Below are positions 1-10,312 of a DNA stretch of 43,140 bases, piece by piece (positions within the stretch are counted from its first letter, which is position 1; each line of letters opens with the position of its first letter). Below the pieces are notes generated by a model. That model was not told the DNA's origin and did no database searches. It was given only the letters and a program-made list of their open reading frames with translations. Position numbers and translations under genes: made by a program. Location: the NCBI GenBank assembly GCA_010015585.1, contig ML975154.1. The stretch is one strand, 5' to 3'. This stretch comes from Eremomyces bilateralis CBS 781.70 (Eukaryota).

Positions 1-775
1 TCGACGCAGCCGCATCATCGTGGTATACGGCATAATTTGTGTTGCTAGCCCCCTCACGCCTTGGGCGTTCGTTCGCAACCGGCTTCTTGGCCTCTTTATT
101 CTGCAATGCCCAGTGTGTGAGGCTTCCTAATCGCGCCTCTTCGCTGATCTCGTTCTCGATGTAGGGAAATGAGCTGTCGATCCGCTCGAGTTGCCTGGAG
201 AGCGTAACATTTGCCGCGCCGAGTACCGCGATCTTTTCATCCAAGATCGGAGCCATGTGATTGATCGCAAAGCACATCCGATGCATCAACTGTGTCCGGT
301 TCATGTCTGTTCCAGGGTCCAAGGCCGGTTGTGGTTTGGCCGAGTTGAACAGCGTTTTCGCGATCGCTTGAGTATGCATCGGCGTCCCCGCAACGTCGAC
401 AGATCCATTGACGCTTGCATTTGCGCTCGGATTCACGCTTCCGTTGCTCGCACTGCCAGCCGCCGGCTGCGAGTATCGCGACATCGGAGCTGGGAGCTTC
501 GTGATAGCCTCAGCAATCAGCTTCAGTTCATGATCCGGGCCGTATGATTTCGACTCGACTTCTTTCAGCATGGAGAAATGTTTCATGACTTCTTCGGGTA
601 GCATGGCCACCGAGTTGGTGAAGTGGGTGATGGCTGGGAAGAAGCCAGGAGGATTATCCGGTCGCGGAGGCGGCTCGGCGGCCGCAGCTTGTCGTCCATA
701 GTAATTCGCAGGCTTTGCAGCTGATGATCGAGCTACTCGAGTAGACAGGCGTCGATTGGGAGGAGCGGTAGCCAT
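1..775 (-). CDS. ING-family (Pho23/Yng-like) chromatin protein, N-terminal part; continues beyond the window's left edge
   Basis: Not in the ORF track because it has no stop in the window. Manual translation from ATG at 775 is open to base 1: MATAPPNRRLSTRVARSS...PGFFPAITHFTNSVAMLPEEVMKHFSMLKEVESK...ILDEKIAVLGAANVTLSRQLERIDSSFPYIENEISEEARLGSLTHWA. This resembles the fungal ING N-terminal helical domain. The PHD finger is not visible in the window. Confidence 0.8.
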   Translation of the reverse strand, partial: MATAPPNRRLSTRVARSSAAKPANYYGRQAAAAEPPPRPDNPPGFFPAITHFTNSVAMLPEEVMKHFSMLKEVESKSYGPDHELKLIAEAITKLPAPMSRYSQPAAGSASNGSVNPSANASVNGSVDVAGTPMHTQAIAKTLFNSAKPQPALDPGTDMNRTQLMHRMCFAINHMAPILDEKIAVLGAANVTLSRQLERIDSSFPYIENEISEEARLGSLTHWALQNKEAKKPVANERPRREGASNTNYAVYHDDAAAS

Positions 776-1333
776 ATCGTCGTTCGGATGGCTCGTAACA
801 GGTCGGAGGGTGGTGGGAAAGGAGGGCAGGCTCGTACGAGGGGAGGAGGTATCAAGGAAAAGAGTATTTCAGCCTTATCTACTTCACCCGCATACCTCTC
901 AGTGGGGATTTGAAGCGGAATAGTCCAAAGACGATGGTAGGAGGGGACGGTGAAATTGAGGCTGTTGCGCATTGTTTCGCACAGCGGAGCCGATTCAAGT
1001 TCGAATGACGGAGATCGGTGGACGGGTGATCCTCGGATCATTGGACATGCAACAGGGAAGGCGCGAACCGGACGGAGGTAGGGACGCGCGCTGCGCCACA
1101 CACGCGCCACACACTACATTAGCCACGAGCCACACTTTCCCTCTCTGGACCCACAAAAACTTTCACGGTCCTCCTCCGCATCTCTCACTTGACCGCAACA
1201 CCACTTCCGCGTCTATCAAACGACGCGCTTCAAGCTCCACCACGTTTCATACTTTATTGGCTATTGCTGGTTACAATCCGCAGAATTAGTAGCTCTATGG
1301 CCTAACACATTATTGCTATCTGCTTCGAGGAAG

Positions 1334-4300
1334 ATGCGGTTACGACTCAGGATCAGCAGGCACAAACTGCCGCCTGCGAATGTGATCTGGACCGTCGCAG
1401 AGGCAGCTAATGGAGTGCCATGTAGTGTTGTGGGCTTCTTAGAACGGGTCAACGAAATCATTCCTCTGGTGTCTAGCAGTTGGGGACTGGAGGATTATGT
1501 TGTGGAGCTGGACGGCTTTGAGTGTTTACATTTCAGGGCCGTGACGGAGGTCTTCAAAGACGAAGACACGGTAATGTAAGTTCTGCTCAACATGCGTGTG
1601 AATCGCTTATTATGGGAAGATCTAACTTGTTATATAGTATCCGACCTTTAGAGACCTCAGAGTACCGAGCCAGACAATTTTCTGGTCGTCATCAGATCTC
1701 TGTCGCTGGCGCCCATCTGGTTGATGGTATTCCTTTCGGGCGACGGTACATTCGACAACCAAGGCGTCCTGCCCTCCACATTCCTTCGAGAAAGCACCGG
1801 CATCTTACGCCTACTGAAAGCGAAGAACTGACGATATCCGATGACGAACACGATGTGGCCGTTAGAGGAATGATTGAAGAGGGTACTGTTGATGAGACCG
1901 TGGAAAGCCATGAGGCTGCATCAACACTAGGAAAACGAAAGCGGCCGGATAGCCTCAAGTCTGTCCGATTCGATACAGCTACTGCTCTATTCGGAAGCGA
2001 GGATGATGAGGACGAAGAAGACGATTTAGACTTCGAACTTGACTCCCCAGCCCTCACTGGGCTTTCCCAGAACTCCCAGAACTCCGAGAACGAACCATCA
2101 TCACTTCTTTCGGAGACTGAAAGTGATCTCAGTAGCTCAGAATCAAGCGCTACAACGAGTTCTTCTTCAAGCTCGGACGATTCAGACGATTCAGACGATT
2201 CAGACGGATCACTTTCGAGCCTGGTTGCGAGTTTATCCAGGCGGTCACAGGCTGTGAGAGAGAAAATTCCCACGAACAATGCCGCAACCCCTACCGCCAC
2301 GACATCGGCCAAATCGAAGACGCCTCAACAAATGGAGAAAGGTACAGTACTAAAGCAAGAGACCACGAAGATTCCGCAGCCTGTAGCGAGCACCCATACT
2401 CTGCCTGGAGCAGGCAAACCGGAGACTCAATCGCGGAATGCGCGAAAGCGAGATAGTCGAAGATTGCGCCAGCTCAAAGATGAAGGTCTCATTCACCCGG
2501 ATGCTACCATCTCGGACATGAAGACAGGTGGGATTTGCAGACCACGCAATGAGATTGCCAATACCGCGCATACCACAAGTTCCATTACACCCTCTACTAC
2601 TGGCCTCGAGTCTGACCCCGAAGAGAGATCAAAAACTGAACCCCACAAGGATATCGACGAAGAGAAGGAAACGGAGGGAATGAATGATGTGTCTGATGAT
2701 GTCGCTTCTGAAGCTCCCTCTGAAGAGCCGATCGTTAAGCCACAAGATGCGGCCATGACTGTCGCTTTATCGTCTAGAAATTCCGAGTCCAGCATAACGA
2801 AGAAGGATAAGAAGAAAGACAAGGCTACCGATATGGATGCAATCGAAGGGGGGGCGGAAGGAGTGAAGCCACAAGAGAGCAAATCTGCTCAAATACCCGA
2901 AGAAGCCGCTGGAGCGGATGGCAAAGGGAAGAAAAAGAAAAAGGACAAAAAGGAGAGGGCGAAGAAAGAGAAGTTCAAGCCCGATTCTCAGGAGAAACCA
3001 GCCGATCACAGTCCAACGGCTAATGGCAGCCTTGTAGCCGATGGCGTCTCAGTCGACGACAGTCACCTTCACGACGTTGCCGACAGCTCTGCTATGGCCA
3101 TTTTGGAGCCGCAAATCGTTACACGGTCCAGGAAGAGTCGAGATGGGTCAACGCATGACTTCGAGCTATCTGGCTCAAATGCCTCGATAGTCAATGGTGA
3201 GACACCCATCGAGCGCACTCCTCTTGTGACCCCTCTCTCCAAAGCAGTTGAAGCTGGCAAATCTTTTGCCGTACCAACCTCATCAAGCCCAGAAGAGTCC
3301 GCACCCAAGCGATCACGACTTGACATCGCCGGATCCCGCCGCCTCCTCTTCGGCTCCCTCGGCATCAGAACCCCTAAAACCCCCGAAGAAGAGAAAGAAG
3401 CGCGAGCGAAGCTTGCGGCCCAGGCGCAGCGACCTGGCCTCGCCAAACTCAAGCAAAAGCTCGACGTTGAGACAGCTGCTACAACCCCAGGTGCAGAATC
3501 CGAGCCGCCAGTGGACCCCCACTCGGACGAATGGAAGAAGAAAATCGACCTAGATGCTGTAGAGTGCGTGGATGAGGGAATCGAGCTGTCCACCCCGCCC
3601 TACCCGTTCAGGAACCTCTGGGATCCGCAATATGAGGGATGGCACTCGCAGAGCAAGAAATCGAAGAAACGCAAGCGAAATACGCGGAACAGTTACGGGG
3701 ACGATCACGACGCGTATGGCCCAGGGACTGGCCCAGGGACCGACTATGCAGATGAGCCCCCGGACAACTCGCTTCACTACAACGACGATTACAATGACGA
3801 CCACAACGAATACTACGACGACGCCGAGCCCGCACCACATCTGCAAGGACCCGCAGCGGACCACGAAGAAACAGTCAAGGTCACCCGCGTCCGCGGCGAC
3901 TTCTCCATCCCCACGGTGCCACGACACGTCGCCAAGTATCCCGTCCTGAAGAAAGCCCACCTCTCCCCCGGCACCATCGTCCTCTTCAAGCAACTCGATT
4001 GCTCTGAAGCCACGAAATGGGCGCCCACAATCTCCGACTATCGCTCCGCGCGGATCGAGGCTGTCGAAGCCGATGGAACGGTGGTTCTCCGGCTCGCGGC
4101 GAACTACGTGCCGCGCACGACGAAGCGGTTCGTGGGTGGGAAGCGGGTGTTTAGTGGGTTTGAGGACGTGGAAGCGGATGAGGAAGAGGAGGAGGAAGAT
4201 GAGGGGGTGAGAGAGGTGGTGTTTGAGGAGTTGTTGGAAGCGCGGTTGTTGAAGGGGGGGAGGGCGGTAGATGATGGGCTTGCACACCAGGGTAATGTAC

Positions 4301-4419
4301 AGGTGCCTGGAGCTATGAGCGACAAGGCAGCGGTGACTGCTGAGGGCGACGAGGTTCCTATGGATGGCGCAGGAACAGATGGCATCGCGGTTACTCCGAT
4401 GCTCGAGACAGCTGCGTGA
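1334..4419 (+). CDS. Conserved fungal low-complexity nuclear protein, putative coilin-like (compact N-terminal domain, acidic/Ser/Lys-rich middle, C-terminal Tudor-like domain)
   Basis: join(1334..1575,1638..4419); intron 1576-1637 GTAAGT...CTAAC...TAG joins MRLRLRISRHKLPP...EDTV in frame to IIRPLE. The C-terminal LSPGTIVLFKQLDCSEATKWAPTISDYRSARIEAV resembles the coilin Tudor-like signature. Gene structure is well supported; the family call is inference. Confidence 0.7.
2176..2206 (+). repeat. Coding 9-nt tandem repeat (GACGATTCA)x3+, encoding DDS repeats
   Basis: gacgattca gacgattca gacgattca gacg, read directly. Confidence 0.9.
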
Positions 4420-6085
4420 GAAACTAGACGTAGGGTTGCGGGACGCATTATGCTCAGGTCGTCTCGAACCCCAGAATTCGGAATATTTCTACTGGTCAGG
4501 GGTGCATTCTGACGTAGCGTACATAGGACAAGTGTCAGAATGCCAATGATACGATAGCTGAGAGCTCTCTACGAAGAGACAGATTAATGTGCCTACCTAT
4601 GTAAACCTGCCCGATACTTCCCCCCAGACACTAGGTCCTGCCCAGCGCCTGGGACATGATGGCTTGCAAACTGGGACGGTTTCATTTCAACATTGTGATG
4701 CGGCGTTATGAGATGGTCTCAAGGGCGCAGATTCGTTCCAGATACCCAGTCAGGAATCTCTGCTCCCTCCCGCCTATACGTAGCTACTCGCCGTCCGGTT
4801 GGATCGAAGGTTTCCCATCGGTCAGCACGGACTATATCGTCTGCCTAGACGGCTCCCAGAGTCGGCCAGAGAGGAGAGATCAGAGAACCAAACGATAATA
4901 AATAGATAGGCGAGCTCCTATCCTTGCGGGCCATGAGAGGGAAATATGCACGAGGACAAACATGATTAAGCTGGGGTAATTAGGGTCAGTGCGCAGCGGT
5001 AGAGGGCGGCTCCAATGATCAAAGTGCCTGGGGACTGAGGAACGGATATGGAGGATAGAGAGGATTTGGTAGATGGATGGAACAGGAAGGTCGAAAGTTG
5101 ATGGATGCGGATCAAAAGCACGAGGCCCTAGCCTTGCTCCAAGCCACCAGCTCATCACCAAGACACCAAGCCGACGCTAGGCAAGACAAGATTAGCGGGG
5201 GACGCCACATACCTTTGAAGCACTTTAACGTTGGTAGCTATCTTTGCTGCAAATGCAAAGGTTCAGGCATTTGGCATATCATTCAATATCAGTTCCGTAC
5301 TCCTGTGAGTGAGAAAGGAATCGAGAGGCTTGCGATGCACTGCGATGATTCTGCGACACACTCCGACACCTCATTGGCCGATTCAACCTCCGCGCTAGGA
5401 TACGAATAAGCAGCAATGTCGATCGATCATCCTTCGACCTTTGAGGGATTGATCCTTATCAATCGGCTCTGATCTCACTCCCATTGGGTCTGCCTAGGCC
5501 CTAGAAAAATCTGGCCTCCACATATCACGGCTAACGGTTAACGCTCTTATCCACTTAGGCCAATGGACAGTCCCAACCCTGAGATATCATTTCCCCAGGG
5601 TCGACACGCCGGCTAGTTCGGTCGAGATGCCCTGGTTTTTGGTAGTATTTCATCGTCGTAGCACCAACGGCTGGGTCGCTTGTAGTACGTACGAGACCCT
5701 GGTGGACTTAGCGGAGACTACTGCTAGGATGGGAAGCTGCTAAGATTGGGTTTCCCGCTCGCACATTGCTGATATCGTGTGGTTGGCCAGTCATTTGCTT
5801 TTGCGTCTGCAGCCCTTCGAGGTGGACGGGAAGGGTGATGGAACGTTGGTGCGCATCTATCGGCGCGGTCCGATGAGACATACATATTGTGCTCGTGTCT
5901 CGCTGTCGCTCTTAAGCACCAAGATTTTCCGACTCCTTCACACATCCCAACGAGAGGGTCCGCTAGCGATTGACGTTCCGGCCGGCAAGAATCGAGTGGA
6001 TATAGGAAACGGTTCGAGCCTCGAGGACCTTGACAGGTTGTCTTTGTGCTTCTTCGATCGACATCTTCTTGTGTTCCGTTCCACA

Positions 6086-8172
6086 ATGGCATCGGACGAT
6101 CGTCACAATATGTCCCCTCAGCGGGGCGTATCCCCCAACCCCGACCCAGCTCTGGACTACGCCAACGAGCATATCCACCAACACCTGCATCACGACCCTC
6201 GTGCGGTGTCGAAAGATGAAAATGTGATGTATACCACAGGAACGACGGTGGACAAGTCGGCTATCCCCGACCCGAGCCCTCTGGAGCATGATTTGCACAA
6301 GCGACATCCTATCGAGCGGACTCTCGGCGAGAAAGCGGCGGCCGAAAAGAATGGCGGCGTGGCATATGATGCCGAGAAGGGCGAATATGAAGGACAGGAG
6401 CCCGCTTCTGAGACCGAAGAAGAGCGGAAGAAGAGTTTATTTGCTCTGTATTATGCCAAGTACCGATTCGTCGCTCATATCGCTGTCTTCGTCGTGTTCA
6501 CCGGGTAAGTCCATCCCACGACTTGCGATTCGAAGCTATTCAAACCCCAGTTAGAGAAGAAGTGCTTACGAATGGCGATGTAGCTGGTGGATAGCAGGTC
6601 TCGTCCTTCACCGGAAGGATAAGAATTGGCTCATCCCCTTCCTTCTGTGGCTCGCCATCTCGCTCCGTCTGCTCTTCTTCTATATCCCCAGCACGATCAT
6701 TTCGAAGCCGATGCACCTCATCTGGAACAACACGGGTGTCCGATTTGCGGATCTGATTCCAAAGAAATTCCAGATCCCTCTCGGTGCGCTTTTGGTCATT
6801 GCCGTGATCCTTGTCGGTTCTTTCGCCTCTGAGGAAACCGAAGACAATACGCGAGAAAACAGGGCCGTCAGCTTGTTCGGTCTGGTTGTGATCATCTTCG
6901 GTCTCTGGCTCACCAGCCGAAATCGAAAGGCCATCAAATGGCACACCGTGATCGTGGGTATGCTGATGCAGTTCATCATCGCCCTATTCGTCCTCCGAAC
7001 TCAGGCCGGTTACGATATCTTCGATTTCATCTCCACCTTGGCTCGCGAGCTCCTTGGATTTGCCGAAAAAGGTGTCGAATTCTTGACAGACGATACTGTC
7101 CCTCCGTTGCACTGGTTCATCAGCGGTGTGCTTCCTGCTATCATCTTCTTCGTCTCGATTGTACAGGTCCTCTACTACCTCGGTATTCTGCAGTGGTTCA
7201 TCGGTAAATTTGCCGTGTTCTTCTTTTGGAGTATGCGCGTCTCTGGAGCCGAAGCCGTCGTTGCGGCCGCCTCCCCCTTCATCGGACAGGGTGAATCCGC
7301 CATGTTGGTAAAGCCGTTCGTTGCGCACATGACGGTGGCAGAAATCCATCAAATCATGACGTCTGGTTTCGCCACGATTGCTGGTTCCGTGCTCGTCGCA
7401 TATATTTCGATGGGTGTCTCCCCTCAGGCCTTGATCTCCAGCTGCGTCATGTCGATTCCGGCATCGCTAGCCACCTCGAAGCTACGATATCCGGAAGAGG
7501 AGGAGTCCTTGACCGCTGGGCGGGTAGTTATTCCCGACGACGACGAGCACAAAGCTGCGAACGTCCTTCACTCGTTTGCCAACGGTGCTTGGCTAGGTTT
7601 GAAGATCGCAGGCATGATTCTGTGCACGATTCTTTGCATCATTGCCCTCATTGGCTTGATCGATGGTCTCTTAACCTGGTGGGGCCGTTATTTGAGCATC
7701 CACGACCCAGACCTGACTCTGGAACTCATCCTCGGATACCTTTGCTATCCGGTTGCTTTCCTGATGGGCGTCCCGCGAGGTGATTTACTCCGAGTCGGGG
7801 AACTGGTCGGTGTCAAGATCGTCGCTGTAAGTATTCCCGTCCTATGCCAGCATTGCGTCAGTCCAGATATTTACATCGTGACAGAACGAGTTCGTCGCCT
7901 ACGCCCGCCTCGTCGACCCCGAGAAATACCCGCAATATGCTGCGATGGCCGTCCGCTCTAAACTCATTGCGACATACGCTCTGTGCGGATTCGGTAACAT
8001 CGGGTCTTTGGGTATTCAGATCGGTGTGCTCTCTCAAATCTCCCCTAGCCGAAGCGGTGATGTCAGCCGAGTTGCGGTCAGCTCGCTCATCACTGGTGTT
8101 CTCAGCACTCTGAGCTCCGCAACCATCGCTGGGCTTCTCATTACAGACCAAGGGAAGTTCATCAGTGTCTAG
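6086..8172 (+). CDS. CNT: Concentrative nucleoside transporter (CNT/SLC28 family, H+/nucleoside symporter)
   Basis: join(6086..6504,6584..7826,7885..8172); introns 6505-6583 and 7827-7884 are both GTAAGT...AG. Family motifs: AAASPFIGQGES, IMTSGFATIAGSVL, SSCVMSIPA, NEFVAY (restored by splicing), YALCGFGNIGSLGIQIG. Confidence 0.95.
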
Positions 8173-10312
8173 GTCTTGTGACCACCGGTGGCTCGTTCAG
8201 TAATGTATTGGTAGCTTGAGTAGCAAATGAACGATCCTTCTTTTCATCTCATTCGAGCATAAAACGCGTTGAATGAATGAAATAATAGCACCGCAGGGCA
8301 ACCTGTGAATTGGAATCTTGAGAGACAAACGAAGAAGACGAAAACATTGAACAGGAGATAAAAGGTTGAGGTCGTCTCGGTGTCCCAAAACGGCATCGCG
8401 GTCACCCCAATCCAAGCAAAACACGAATCACGCCTTTCTACTTTCGACTGGTGCGATGCTCGAATAATGCTAGCTCCATTACTAAGCCAATCATGTTCCT
8501 CCTTTTATTTGGTGACCTCGTATTCCGTATTTGTAATCACAATATATTAATAGATATTGTCTATGGATCATACTGGTCTCAGACCTGGTTGAATATTCTT
8601 TTCGCGAGAGTTGATTGTAAATGATAGAAAATGTATCATCCAAATCACTGGCTCGACTAAGTACCAGTTGTTTGTAATTTCTCAGTTGTTTCATTCCATG
8701 GTCCATCGCGTCGCAGCTGAAGGTGTGTATCAGGGGCTACATATATGTATGGACGCGCCTCCTAAACAGCAATATAACAAAAGAAATGCCAGCCTGGACC
8801 CAGCTTGACATCTAGACGGCTTATGGGAGAGCCCAATGCTCCCCCAAAGAACATCCCAAAATTTCGAAAAGGCAGAGAAAGTGACAACGACCATAATTTA
8901 GTACTGCTCGAAAGGCCATGAAACCAAAAAAGTCCTACCAGGACGATTGAGTGAGCGTGAAAGGCAGAAACAAACCAAAGGACAACACTCTCCGAACTCG
9001 CCCGACACTGCGCTTTTGATGTGGCGCACGAGCGAGCTGCACTGTTATCAGGATGGGAATCATATACCTAATATGTTCATTTCATCAGCCATGCTTCAGA
9101 GTTCAGAGACAAGAGTTGAGAAATAGCGAATGTCAGGGGGTGTTTTCTAGCACGAATCCTTTGCTCAGTTCCGTAATGAACTCACATGCATTGTGAGTGT
9201 GAGAACCCTGCTTGCTTCGAGATACCTTCAACATGAATCTCTTAGGAATAAGGACTCAGGAGGTGCGAAGTCGCAGCCCGCAGGGGTTGTCCAGCTCCGA
9301 ACCCCATCGGATAGCGGCGTAGGTGGTGAACGACAAGTCATGGCCCTCATGGGAGTCATGGGTTGCCTGCTCTTGGCGCCAGCCACAAAGTGTTAATTTT
9401 GTCTTTTGACTAAACTCTGTTGACAATCTCTCATGAGCTTATCTCAAAGTCAATCTCTTTCCCACTCTCTGAATTACAGCCAAGGATACAGGTAAGCGTG
9501 TTTCTCCGGCATCTGCCATGCCCTGAACTTGCGTCGATCGATCAGCGATCCAATGAGTGGCTCTCCAGCTTGAGTCTTGGATCCTTATCAGCTCGTATGC
9601 ACGATACCCTTGCTTCAGTCATGCACAATCCCGTGGAGCGCGCCTCAATATCTCGATGCGAAGATGGTATCCGGCATGTCGCGTGCAAATAGCCTCCTCG
9701 CCTGGATCGCACCTGGGTCTTCCTTTCGGCGGGCAGCCAACATCCCACGAGGGCTCTGTTGATATCTCAAGCCAAGAACACGCCCTAGTGTCAGATTTGA
9801 TATAGCGACGCCACTGATTAACCCTCCGAATGGGAATCAACGATTCAGAAGAAGTAAAACTGGATCTGTGCTAAAATCGTTACGGATTATCCAAATCGTA
9901 GTGTCCGAATCACTTCATTGGCTCTGTGGAACCCGGATCTCGAGGCCTTGGACCCTCGAATATGCGAGTTTCGCGAGTTTGGGTCTTGGATTCGCAGCCT
10001 ATCTTTTTACGGAATCGAAACAGTGACGCCATGGGGACTGTAACCCGGGGAGCAGTCTGATATTCATGGGGGACAAAGAGAAAGAGCATGGAGTTGGCCG
10101 ATCACCATGCCATCACGCTGCAAGCGCGTGGAGTTTATAAGTAACGCGGCGCCCGGTGGGTCACGGTTTGTTTGTTGTCGGAATCTTGAAATATTGCTAT
10201 CCCGTCTATACTGAACGGTGTGTAACTCGTGAGACTTTTGGACTTCGAAGTCCCTTTCTGCTTCCTTATCCACACGGTCACTCGGGTCATCATCGAATTA
10301 CCTGGTACCAGC

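Noticed and set aside
733..1110. 125-aa minus-strand ORF as the gene at the left end
   Set aside because: Out of frame with the ING-like CDS starting at 775; at most an overlapping uORF from ATG 972.
5777..6085. GTG-initiated N-terminal extension of the CNT gene
   Set aside because: Not protein-like; ATG 6086 has a good ACAATGG context.
9040..10010. AreA GATA cluster upstream of DUR3 (HGATAR at 9045, 9439, 9585, 9999)
   Set aside because: Biologically plausible, but four dispersed sites in this span is roughly chance level.
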